From contig NZ_JAGDXM010000032.1 in assembly GCF_023256435.1 (NCBI RefSeq), positions 3,617 to 67,616 on the forward strand: a stretch of 64,000 bases of DNA, read 5' to 3'. The translations under genes and the position numbers were made by a program. Numbering within the stretch: the stretch's first letter is position 1; the number at the start of each line of letters is the position of its first letter. Under the pieces are notes generated by a model. That model was not told the origin of the DNA and made no database searches. It saw only the letters and a list, made by a program, of their open reading frames with translations. This DNA is from Thermoplasma sp. (GTDB lineage: Archaea > Thermoplasmatota > Thermoplasmata > Thermoplasmatales > Thermoplasmataceae). Below, piece after piece: positions 49,677 through 58,882 of the stretch.

Positions 49677-49793
49677 AAATACATTTATTTCTAGGATCTA
49701 TTAAGTTTTCACTGATCCTCGATCTGATGACGCACAGATCGAAAGAATGTTCGCAGAAAGGCTTCAAAAAAAGTGGAAATAAAATGATACGTG

Positions 49794-51080
49794 TCAGGTG
49801 CTGGCAATATCAATGTCCTTTGATTCCCTTATCTTCGCTATGGTCATAAAAGCTATGACTATGAATATGATCGTGAACACCGGATAAAGGGGGTACGATA
49901 TTGTACCAAGCGCGTCAGAAGCATAGGGTGCCGGACCACCTATGAAGGCGTTTCCAAACTGATAGCTGAAGGAGCTGCCCGTGTATCTTGTGCTAGTTGG
50001 AAACACCTCCGATAGCAGGGCGCCAAGTGGAGAGTAGCTTATGCCATGCGCAATGCCGAATATGGCCAGGAACACTGTGAATGCCACTGGATTGTATACA
50101 TAGATCGCAGGGTATATTATCACAAGCGCAATGGCATTGGCAGTTATGAGCATCGTTCTTCTTCCGTATCTATCCGATATTGAACCACCTATGAATACAA
50201 AAACTATATCCATCACGGCGAATATTGCAGTGGCAATGAGCCCCATGGTCACTGAAACTATACCTTTTGACTCGAAAACTGTTGGCAACAGCGCTATGGC
50301 AAAATAGAAGAAATTCCCACTTGATCCTGCAAGCAATGTCCCTGCCAATACCTCCTTCCAGTTGTATTTGAACACGTCCCTTGCGGGTAGGCCGGATATC
50401 CTCTTCTCAGCCTTAGCAGCTTCAAATATGGGTGTCTCAGAGATCCTGTATCTTATCACGAAGCCAATTATAAGTATCAGGAAGGCAAGAAGAAACGGTA
50501 TTCTCCAGCCATAGGATACCATCAGTTTCTGTGGCAGAATGATCTCAACCACGAGGAAAACCGCTGTACCTAGGAGAAGACCGATGCCCACCGTAGACTG
50601 TACGAATGAAGACCAGAATCCACGTTTCGTCCTGAAATTTTCCAGTGTTAGAAGCATGGCACCGCCCCACTCGCCGCCGAGACCAAATCCAAGTATAAGA
50701 CGAAGTATGACCAAAATGATAACCGCCCATATTCCGATGGACGCATAGCCAGGTATCACGCCGGTGAAGCCCGTTGATAGACCGGATATGAGCAGCGTGA
50801 TCAGAAGCATATTTTTCCTCCCTATGCGATCACCGTAGTGCCCGAATACGAAGGCTCCCAGAGGCCTCAGGAGAAAGCCCAGTGCAAACGTCAGCAGCGT
50901 TAGCAGTATTGATACCGCTCTGGAGACCGTTGGATAGAACACGGAAGAGATATATATTGCACCTGATGAAAAGATGAATATGCCATACCACTCCAGTATG
51001 GTTCCGGCCATTGAAGCTCCGATTATCTCATGTGGCGTATTTTTATGTTCCACCTTCGGTTCGATCATGATCAATATCAT
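49794..51080 (-). CDS. MFS transporter, metabolite:H+ symporter (MHS) type
   Basis: 'GTILEWYGIFIF' and 'GHYGDRIGRKNML' are ProP/KgtP-type blocks. 428 aa. Confidence 0.9.
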   Translation of the reverse strand: MILIMIEPKVEHKNTPHEIIGASMAGTILEWYGIFIFSSGAIYISSVFYPTVSRAVSILLTLLTFALGFLLRPLGAFVFGHYGDRIGRKNMLLITLLISGLSTGFTGVIPGYASIGIWAVIILVILRLILGFGLGGEWGGAMLLTLENFRTKRGFWSSFVQSTVGIGLLLGTAVFLVVEIILPQKLMVSYGWRIPFLLAFLILIIGFVIRYRISETPIFEAAKAEKRISGLPARDVFKYNWKEVLAGTLLAGSSGNFFYFAIALLPTVFESKGIVSVTMGLIATAIFAVMDIVFVFIGGSISDRYGRRTMLITANAIALVIIYPAIYVYNPVAFTVFLAIFGIAHGISYSPLGALLSEVFPTSTRYTGSSFSYQFGNAFIGGPAPYASDALGTISYPLYPVFTIIFIVIAFMTIAKIRESKDIDIAST

Positions 51081-51164
51081 GTCATATGATGTATATCTAT
51101 ATTATTCAGATCAAGCGTCTGTCCAGCGGAGTAAATATTTATAGAAACTGAAGATCCATCCAGC

Positions 51165-53177
51165 ATGAACGAGGCCACCCTCTATATAGGTGTGGATATA
51201 GGCGGTACTTTCACGGATATAATAATATTCGACTCAAAGTCAAATCGCATAAATATTCTTAAAACACCCAGCACACCGTCAAACCCGGAGAAGGCCGTCA
51301 TAGATGGGCTTCTTTCCATGCACTTGGATCCTGAAAAGGTGAGGATGATAAACCATGCGAGCACGGTTGCAACCAATGCGCTCCTCACCAGGACAGGTCT
51401 GACACCTTCCGCACTGATAACGAATAGAGGCTTCATCGACATCCTTGAGATTGGGAGACAGAGGCGAGCCGAGATCTACAATCTCGATTTCCAGAGGCCT
51501 GATCCGCTCATAGCGAGAAGATACCGTTTTGGGGTTTCCGGACGGATAGACAGCTCTGGTAAGGTCATAGAAGATCTTAATGAAGAAGAGATACTCAGGA
51601 TAAGGAAGAAGATTGAAGACTCTGGACTGAAAGGTGTAGCCATATCGCTGATCAATTCCTATCTGAATCCAGTCCATGAGGACAGGATAAAAGAGATCTT
51701 CGACGGTTTTGATGGTTATGTTTTCACGTCTCATGAGGTCGATCCACAGTACAGGGAATATGAGAGGACAAGCACAACCGTTGTAAACACTGTTCTCTCT
51801 GGCATAGTCTCCTCGTACCTGCGGAGGCTCCGCGAAGGATTGAAAAACGCTTGCTTCAGATCCGAGATATACATGATGGGATCAAATGGAGGGCTGAGCA
51901 CCATAGATTACGCAGAGAGATTACCCATATCCGTCATAGAATCCGGACCGTCTGCCGGAGTTATAGCATCAGCGAATTTCAGCAAGCTCCTTGGAGACGA
52001 TAAAGTCATAACATTCGATATGGGTGGGACGACTGCGAAGGCAGGAGTCGTTATCTCAGGCAGACCAGATGTGGCATACGAATTCGAGGCGGCCGGAAAA
52101 ACGCACAGCGGGAGATCCATCAAGGGAAGCGGGTATGCCGTGAGGTTCCCGTTCATCGATCTGGCTGAGGTGAGCGCCGGTGGAGGGACGATAGCATGGA
52201 TCGATGAAGCTGGATCCCTGCGTGTCGGCCCGAAGAGTGCCGGATCAGATCCAGGTCCGGCAGCATATAACAGAGGTGGAAAGGACCCCACGGTGACGGA
52301 TGCAGATATAATTCTTGGCCGGCTCAATCCCGATAATCTACTGGGCGGAAACATGAAAATATACAGGGATCTTGCAGAAAACGCATTGAACATGAAGATC
52401 GCAAGACCTCTCGGAATCGATACGATCGATGCGGCGTCTGGCATAATCCGCATGATAAACAACGCCATGTCCAGAGCCATATCCATAGTGAGTGTTGAGA
52501 GGGGAAGGGATCCGCGTGGTTTCGTAATGTATGCCTATGGAGGCGCAGGACCACTGCATGCGGCAGAACTTGCAGCTGACCTTGGAATTGCTGAGATCAT
52601 GGTTCCATCACATCCCGGCCTGTTCTCGGCCTATGGACTTCTTTCGGTGGATATGGTCAGAGATGTATCAATACCGTTCGTATCGAATTCAGACATTGAA
52701 AACGCCTTCCAATCGCTTGAGAGGATCTCCATTGAGAAGATGGAAAAAGAGGGATTTCACGATCCATTGATTGAACGATTCCTTGATATTCGCTATCTGG
52801 GCCAGTCATATGAAATAACTGTGCCCTACTCTGAGAATTACGAGGATACGTTCAGAACGGAATATCGAAGGATATACGGTTATGTTTCTTCTGATCCTCT
52901 GGAGATCGTGAGTCTCAGGATCAGGCTCACGATAAGGATGCCGAAGATCGGGCTCATAGAGCCTGAGAAAACAGCTGACCAGGAGATCGTTGAGAGATCT
53001 GTGTATATTTCTGGTAAATTGCTGGATACGCCGGTCATGAGGTGGTCAACGGGGCATGAAGGTTTCACCGGTGATGGGCCGTTCATAATAGAGGGCTATG
53101 ATTCAACCATCTTTGTACCGCCCGGCTGGAAATTCAGATTTGACCGATACCTCAACGTGAGGATGGTGAGATCATGA
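51165..53177 (+). CDS. hyuA: Hydantoinase/oxoprolinase A subunit (HyuA family)
   Basis: 'IGVDIGGTFTDI' N-terminal ATPase block. 670 aa. 4-nt overlap with the B subunit gene. Confidence 0.9.
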   Translation: MNEATLYIGVDIGGTFTDIIIFDSKSNRINILKTPSTPSNPEKAVIDGLLSMHLDPEKVRMINHASTVATNALLTRTGLTPSALITNRGFIDILEIGRQRRAEIYNLDFQRPDPLIARRYRFGVSGRIDSSGKVIEDLNEEEILRIRKKIEDSGLKGVAISLINSYLNPVHEDRIKEIFDGFDGYVFTSHEVDPQYREYERTSTTVVNTVLSGIVSSYLRRLREGLKNACFRSEIYMMGSNGGLSTIDYAERLPISVIESGPSAGVIASANFSKLLGDDKVITFDMGGTTAKAGVVISGRPDVAYEFEAAGKTHSGRSIKGSGYAVRFPFIDLAEVSAGGGTIAWIDEAGSLRVGPKSAGSDPGPAAYNRGGKDPTVTDADIILGRLNPDNLLGGNMKIYRDLAENALNMKIARPLGIDTIDAASGIIRMINNAMSRAISIVSVERGRDPRGFVMYAYGGAGPLHAAELAADLGIAEIMVPSHPGLFSAYGLLSVDMVRDVSIPFVSNSDIENAFQSLERISIEKMEKEGFHDPLIERFLDIRYLGQSYEITVPYSENYEDTFRTEYRRIYGYVSSDPLEIVSLRIRLTIRMPKIGLIEPEKTADQEIVERSVYISGKLLDTPVMRWSTGHEGFTGDGPFIIEGYDSTIFVPPGWKFRFDRYLNVRMVRS

Positions 53178-54853
53178 CAGATATGTTTACCAAACAGATA
53201 ATAGCCAGCTCGCTCTATTACGCCAGCGAGGAGATGGGCATCGCCCTTAGAAACTCCGCATATTCACCGAACATAAAGGAGAGGATGGATCACTCAGCCG
53301 CACTGTTTGATGAGAATGGATCCCTTCTCGCACAGGCGGAACACATACCGGTACATCTGGGATCCCTACCATGGGGGCTGAAGAACACACTCAAATATCT
53401 ATCAGATCATAACATCGGCCTTAGAAAGGGCGACTCCATTGTAGTGAACAACCCTTATATATCGGGAACACACCTCAACGACGTAACAGTCATCAGGCCA
53501 ATATTTTACAGGGATGAGATAGTCGCGTATTCTGCCAATAAGGCCCATCATTCTGATATAGGTGGGAAACTTCCAGGAAGCATAAACTTCGACGGCAAGA
53601 CCATATTCGAAGAGGGAATAATACTTGATCCGGTATTTCTAATGAGAAACGATGAGTTCAACAGAGATGTAATATCCATATTTTCATCGAATTCAAGAAA
53701 TCCGTATGAGCGCATCGGAGACATAAAGGCACAGGTCGCTGCAAATTACACTGGAGAGAGAAGGGTTCTGGAGATAATAGAAAGAAATGGCCTGGACGCT
53801 TTCAGGGAGGCAAGGGGGTACTATCTGGAGTATGCCGATCAGCTGGCCAGAAGCAGGATATCCGAGATACCGCATGGAACCTATGCTGCTGAGGACTATC
53901 TTGAAAAGCCAGATGGAACCGATATAAGATTGAAGGTGACTATCAGAGTTTCCGAAGACCGTATTGGCGTGGATTACACTGGGACGGATGGGCAGGTTGA
54001 TGTCCCGCTGAATGCAGTGCTGGGCGTAACCATATCTGGTGTATACTATGTGTTTCGAACGCTAATGGGATCAGATATGCCTGTTAACGACGGGACATTC
54101 AGATTCCTTGACATCCATGTTCCTGACCGGACTGTACTAAACCCAGCCTTCCCCGCACCCGTTTCAGGTGGCAACGTTGAAACCAGCCAGAGAAATGCCG
54201 ATCTCATATATCTTGCCCTGAGTAAGGCAATACCGGATCGTGTTCCTGCAGCCTCCGGAGGTTCCATGAACAACATAATGATGGGCGGATTGAATAACGG
54301 AAGATCATGGGCATTCTACGAGACCATAGGCGTCGGTCTGGGTGGAAAGCTTGGCAAAGACGGCACGGACGGAATACATGCGAACATGACGAATACCATG
54401 AACACACCCATAGAGGAGATCGAGAGGACAATGCCTCTGATCATGAAGCGATATGAATTCAGGCAGAACAGTGCAGGCCTCGGAAAATACAGGGGAGGGA
54501 GCGGGATAATAAGATCATTTATGGTACGCGATGGTGAGATCACCGTCACGGTGCTTTCAGAGAGGGAGAGACACAGGCCATGGGGGCTTCAGGGCGGCAT
54601 GACCGGTGCACCCACAGAGGTGAGGATCTTCGCGGGAGGAAGGTGGAGGAAGGGCAGCACAAAGGCCACATACTATCTAAAGCAGGGCGATATCATAGAG
54701 ATAAGAACTGCTGGTGGCGGTGGATACGGCAAGCCACAGGATCGCGATAAGGAAAAGGTTGAGGCAGATATTGCCTCAGGACTCATCACCAGAGGATACA
54801 TGGAGAGAACTATAAGATCCGTAAATCATCATAATATGTCGCCACCTGAATAA
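53174..54853 (+). CDS. hyuB: Hydantoinase/oxoprolinase B subunit (HyuB family)
   Basis: 'NNPYISGTHLNDV' and 'GGSGIIRSF', with the C-terminal 'GGGGYGKP' typical of HyuB. 559 aa. Confidence 0.9.
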   Translation: MTDMFTKQIIASSLYYASEEMGIALRNSAYSPNIKERMDHSAALFDENGSLLAQAEHIPVHLGSLPWGLKNTLKYLSDHNIGLRKGDSIVVNNPYISGTHLNDVTVIRPIFYRDEIVAYSANKAHHSDIGGKLPGSINFDGKTIFEEGIILDPVFLMRNDEFNRDVISIFSSNSRNPYERIGDIKAQVAANYTGERRVLEIIERNGLDAFREARGYYLEYADQLARSRISEIPHGTYAAEDYLEKPDGTDIRLKVTIRVSEDRIGVDYTGTDGQVDVPLNAVLGVTISGVYYVFRTLMGSDMPVNDGTFRFLDIHVPDRTVLNPAFPAPVSGGNVETSQRNADLIYLALSKAIPDRVPAASGGSMNNIMMGGLNNGRSWAFYETIGVGLGGKLGKDGTDGIHANMTNTMNTPIEEIERTMPLIMKRYEFRQNSAGLGKYRGGSGIIRSFMVRDGEITVTVLSERERHRPWGLQGGMTGAPTEVRIFAGGRWRKGSTKATYYLKQGDIIEIRTAGGGGYGKPQDRDKEKVEADIASGLITRGYMERTIRSVNHHNMSPPE

Positions 54854-55284
54854 TGCAATTCATAAATGGTCTCTCCATCCATATCTATACGTTCATACCC
54901 GATGAAATGATGTATATCGCCTGAGAAATCATTACTGTAAACGTACTCATCCTGATCGTAATACTTTGGTCCTCTGAACGGTGCCTCTCTTTGTATCAGA
55001 AACAGGCATTTTTTCAGAAAGGAATAGAGAGCACTTACATCCTGATATTCATTGAGAACTGCGCCAGAGTATACCATACCCCATACGGGCTTGGATGCGT
55101 CAAATACCGTTTCAATTCCATTGAACGCCAGATCACCGAAATACATATCAATATATTCATAATGGCCTTCAGCGTAATGCATTTCCTTGGAACCGGGTAT
55201 TCTAACTGAGATCTTTCCCTTGCCGGACGCATACGTCTCCTTCTTTGCTTTCACGACGAAATCGATGAGATCTTCTTCTCCCAT
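54829..55284 (-). CDS. Conserved hypothetical protein (DUF5680-like)
   Basis: 'KKETYASGKGK...YEYIDMYFG....GIETVF...PVWGMVYSG' pattern. ATG 55284 is chosen because the track's start (55488) would overlap the divergent gene and run through a TATA-rich stretch. Confidence 0.55.
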   Translation of the reverse strand: MGEEDLIDFVVKAKKETYASGKGKISVRIPGSKEMHYAEGHYEYIDMYFGDLAFNGIETVFDASKPVWGMVYSGAVLNEYQDVSALYSFLKKCLFLIQREAPFRGPKYYDQDEYVYSNDFSGDIHHFIGYERIDMDGETIYELHYSGGDIL

Positions 55285-55404
55285 ACCAGTGTATCCCGCA
55301 TTATATAATAATCGTTTCAGCGAATCCAGATACAATAATGAAAGACGTATTGCCCACCACTGAGGAAATGATACATATTTATCTGATAGTAAATTTCTAG
55401 TATC

Positions 55405-55749
55405 ATGGAAGCCCTTGATGACCTCTGCAGAAAGATCCTCATACACATATACAAATACGGTCCAGACAGTCCAAAATACATGGCACATCGATTGCTCGGC
55501 GCAAGTGGCTGGGCACCCACATATGATCAGGTAAAGCTGAAGGAAGCCTGCAAGAAGATGGAGAGCATGAAACTTCTGACCGTGTTCAGCGGGCCGCTGA
55601 AAAGGTCACCAACGTCATCGGTGAAACCATGGATAAAGATAAAGGCAAGGGAAGTCAATTACAAGCCTGCCGGCATCTACTACGATCTAACCAGAGAAGG
55701 TAAGAAAATAGCATCGCAACTATACAAGGAGAACAGGAAAAATGAATAG
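55405..55749 (+). CDS. Small winged-helix-like protein (DUF2250-like)
   Basis: 114 aa. 'LCRKILIHIYKYGPDSPKYMAHRL' and '..GIYYDLTREGKKIA' resemble archaeal wHTH proteins. Divergent from the previous gene. Confidence 0.5.
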   Translation: MEALDDLCRKILIHIYKYGPDSPKYMAHRLLGASGWAPTYDQVKLKEACKKMESMKLLTVFSGPLKRSPTSSVKPWIKIKAREVNYKPAGIYYDLTREGKKIASQLYKENRKNE

Positions 55750-55918
55750 CGATAGCCGAACCAGAATCCCGCCTGAAATATCATGCATCATATATCCTTA
55801 TCAATAGAAATCCCGGATCTCTTCGCCGTCAAGATGCATTGGTCATCATGATTGGGCACCGTGAATATGCATGCATACGGGTTTATTATGATAAAATACA
55901 TTGTCTATCGTGATTCAT

Positions 55919-56302
55919 ATGGAGGAATACGTGGATATTGTGAGCAAATACACGTTTGATGAAACAGTTTCCGCTTTAGACCGCATTATTCGTGATCGAA
56001 ATCTGATCAGATTTGCGGTCTTTGATCACCGGATGAATGCCGAGAATATCGGCTTGCAGATGAATAACTGCATCGTCTTCGTCTTCGGCAATCCAGCCAT
56101 AGGCACGATAATGATGCAAAGAGATCCGTCTCTTGGGATCGAACTTCCATCCAAAATTCTGATATACGAACTGGATCATAAGACCCATGTGAGATTCAGG
56201 CCTTTAAGCTGGAAATTCGATGATACTGCAGCGACAGAAGCCATGAATAAGCTGAATTCTGTTGTTGAAGCAATAGCGAGAGAATGCGCCGGCCTGGAAT
56301 GA
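55919..56302 (+). CDS. DUF302 domain protein
   Basis: 'FDETVSALDRII', 'FAVFDH' and 'VFVFGNPAIGTIMMQRDPSLGIELPSKILIYE' are DUF302 blocks. ATG 55919 is preferred over the track's TTG 55901. Confidence 0.8.
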   Translation: MEEYVDIVSKYTFDETVSALDRIIRDRNLIRFAVFDHRMNAENIGLQMNNCIVFVFGNPAIGTIMMQRDPSLGIELPSKILIYELDHKTHVRFRPLSWKFDDTAATEAMNKLNSVVEAIARECAGLE

Positions 56303-56328
56303 GACCTCGCCTGATCCGTCCTCGACGA

Positions 56329-56997
56329 TCATACCCTAGCGTCATGACGCAATGCATCGTGGCATATCATAATTTCACCGGCATACCTGAGAAATTTACC
56401 GTCAAAACTGAATTTCAGGAACTTTGATCCCACCCTGCTTGGAACAATCTCCAGAAACTTTTTTGAAAAATCAGGATCGGTGGAAAAATTTGGATAGAAG
56501 CATTCCACATCGTCCCTCATTATGAGGAAAAGGATGTACGATCTATATCCTGATTCAGCCAAGCTCTCAAGGGTCTCTAAATGCTCAAGACCACGTCTGG
56601 TAGGCGCATCTGGAAACATCGCGATTCCATCTACATTCAGGGTACACCCCTTGACCTCTACATATTCATCATCGTATCTGAAATCAATCCTCTTCCTTCC
56701 CACTTTAACCTCTGGTATTGCACCTTCTGGTAGAAAATGCCTCGCTATTTCAGAATGGATCCCGGAGTCAACAAGCACCATATTGCCCCGGTCAGACGCA
56801 AATTCTATACGCCAGCTCATTCCAGATCCTTCTGCTTTCCTGATGAGGACCTCAGATCCAGGATATATGAGATCCAGAAGTCTGCCCGGATCGTGGAGAT
56901 GCGCCATGTGAATCTCACCGTTCAAATCTATGCTTACTGCGAACCTATTAACTCTCTCAATGACCCTGGCCCTCATAAGGCTGTCAAAGCGCTTCAC
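56329..56997 (-). CDS. sfsA: SfsA (sugar fermentation stimulation protein) family nuclease-like protein
   Basis: 'RVNRFAVSIDLNGE...AHLHDPGRL', 'VEVKGCTL' and 'FPDAPTRRGLEHL' are SfsA blocks. Confidence 0.9.
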   Translation of the reverse strand: MKRFDSLMRARVIERVNRFAVSIDLNGEIHMAHLHDPGRLLDLIYPGSEVLIRKAEGSGMSWRIEFASDRGNMVLVDSGIHSEIARHFLPEGAIPEVKVGRKRIDFRYDDEYVEVKGCTLNVDGIAMFPDAPTRRGLEHLETLESLAESGYRSYILFLIMRDDVECFYPNFSTDPDFSKKFLEIVPSRVGSKFLKFSFDGKFLRYAGEIMICHDALRHDARV

Positions 56998-57108
56998 GGG
57001 AAAGCCAATAGGTCTCTTTATGAAAATATCTGTTTTCAGATCATCACCTTAGCAGAACATTCTTTCAATCCGAATAAAAATATTAAGCATGCTGTCATCC
57101 GCTAATAG

Positions 57109-57966
57109 ATGGACGGTAAGAATCTTCGTGATGCTGTATTGATCGTTTTCATCATACTTGTCATATCGATAGCACTGTTCATAATCAAGCCGTCAGTGGA
57201 TTTCCTCATAAAAACGTACATCAGCGAACTGGCGCCTTACACAGAGTATGTGAACGGAGCAATAGCAGCCATATTCGTCGGTGGGGGAGGCGTACTTATA
57301 CTCCATATCGTGAGGAAAAACATCGACAGGTACTTTTCAAAGAAGATAAACAGATCTGCACAGAACCTCATAGAGCTCATCGTGTCCTTCTTCATGTACG
57401 CTGTGATCCTGGCCATAATACTGACATCTCTGGGCATAAATCTGACAGGCGCGCTTGTTGGCGGATCGGTTGGAGCCCTCATAATAGGTATAGCATTGCA
57501 GGGAATCTTTTCAAGCATCTTCTCCGGATTCGCTGTTACATCGGGCGGAGCCCTAAAGCCGGGCGATGTTGTTAACATGCAGTCATGGTTGTTCTCCGGT
57601 CCGATCACCGGCGAGGTCATGAAGATCTCCTATCTGTTCTCGGATATAAGAACGCAGAACGATAATATAATAAAGATACCCAACTCAGCCTTCTTTGGCA
57701 ACACTGTATTCGAGAACCTTGGAAAATATGATCGCTTCTCATACAGGCTTCAAGTATCGCTACCATCGGACGTTTCCATATCGAAGATCGAGGAGAAACT
57801 CGGACCGCTTCAGGATGATACAAGATGGTATTTCACCGGATCGAACGGCAGCACGAATACGTTCACCGTAGTGATGACCATGAAAAACATAACCGACATC
57901 AATGAGGCCATAGATAAAATAAACAGGGCATTCAATGATGCTTACTGGAAAGCAAAAACTGGATAA
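57109..57966 (+). CDS. MscS-family mechanosensitive channel
   Basis: Three N-terminal TM segments, then 'LKPGDVVNMQS....GEVMKISYLFSDIRTQNDNIIKIPNS', the MscS beta-domain block. Confidence 0.85.
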   Translation: MDGKNLRDAVLIVFIILVISIALFIIKPSVDFLIKTYISELAPYTEYVNGAIAAIFVGGGGVLILHIVRKNIDRYFSKKINRSAQNLIELIVSFFMYAVILAIILTSLGINLTGALVGGSVGALIIGIALQGIFSSIFSGFAVTSGGALKPGDVVNMQSWLFSGPITGEVMKISYLFSDIRTQNDNIIKIPNSAFFGNTVFENLGKYDRFSYRLQVSLPSDVSISKIEEKLGPLQDDTRWYFTGSNGSTNTFTVVMTMKNITDINEAIDKINRAFNDAYWKAKTG

Positions 57967-57974
57967 ATATCACT

Positions 57975-58376
57975 CTACGTCTCCATCTCAGTCAGCATGT
58001 CCTTCAGGAAATTAGGAACTCTGGCGGGCTTCCCATCCTTTATAAACACATTTACGGTCTTTCCCCTGCCATATACGCTTCCGTTCTTGTCTTCAATGCT
58101 GTAGCTGAAATCAAAGCTTGTGTTTCCTATCCTTGATATCCACGTTCTAACGTATACCTCGTCTCCAAAATGAACGGATCTCTCAAAGTCGATCTCAGCC
58201 CTTGCTATTACAATATTTACGGTGACCGGATCTTCCGTCATGAAAAATTTTTTCATATAATTGAGTCGACCTATCTCGAAGTACGTCAGAAATCTGGCGT
58301 TATTAACATGCCCCAGCAGATCGATATCGTCGTATCGAATCTGGATCGGAGTAATGTCCACATATTCCGAGACCAT
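57975..58376 (-). CDS. Hotdog-fold acyl-CoA thioesterase (4HBT/YbgC-like)
   Basis: 'IRYDDIDLLGHVNNARFLTYFEIGR' is the 4HBT-class catalytic-region block. 133 aa. Confidence 0.85.
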   Translation of the reverse strand: MVSEYVDITPIQIRYDDIDLLGHVNNARFLTYFEIGRLNYMKKFFMTEDPVTVNIVIARAEIDFERSVHFGDEVYVRTWISRIGNTSFDFSYSIEDKNGSVYGRGKTVNVFIKDGKPARVPNFLKDMLTEMET

Positions 58377-58406
58377 AAATAAGCAATAACATCTGATCTT
58401 TAATAT

Positions 58407-58700
58407 TTATTTTGAACTTTTCTCCTTTGCCTTCTGCACTTTCTTTTCCACTGCAGGCGGAGCCTCTAATCTCTGAGAGACAGCATTCGACACAGCCTTC
58501 AAATCGTCACGTAGCTTTTCCATCTGCGTTTCCAATATATGTGCCATCTCATCTGGCAGATCGCTCAATTTCTTATCCACATCAGCGTAATACTCCTTCA
58601 GGAGCGGTGCGTCAGACATAGCTTCCAGCTTCTTCTGTATTTCATCTATTTTGCTGGATATTTCAGTCAGTTTATCCATTACATCCTTTTTGAATGACAC
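58407..58700 (-). CDS. Small coiled-coil hypothetical protein
   Basis: 97 aa, heptad-rich and charged, with a Lys-rich tail. Divergent from mcm. Confidence 0.45.
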   Translation of the reverse strand: MSFKKDVMDKLTEISSKIDEIQKKLEAMSDAPLLKEYYADVDKKLSDLPDEMAHILETQMEKLRDDLKAVSNAVSQRLEAPPAVEKKVQKAKEKSSK

Positions 58701-58882
58701 GATGTAAGAAACATAATACGTATTTAAATTTTGGGATCGTTGAATGCAGAGATATGATAATGTATGACATAATAAAAATTTTTATATATTATTATCCTTA
58801 TAGCGAAGATGCGCATTGTCTGAAAATGTGTGACTCGTGGCGATCAAAACGCATAAGTATTTATGACTCCATACGTAGTTGA

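Noticed and set aside
49695-49740. GATC cluster upstream of dam as a stand-alone significant signal
   Set aside because: Equally dense GATC clusters occur inside ordinary coding regions (for example 6841-6900 and 63121-63180). The cluster is therefore mentioned only within the dam finding and not scored separately.
58701-58882. Replication origin next to mcm
   Set aside because: The region is AT-rich, but I found no repeated ORB or mini-ORB-like elements or inverted repeats, and no orc1/cdc6 gene is adjacent. It reads as an ordinary divergent promoter region.
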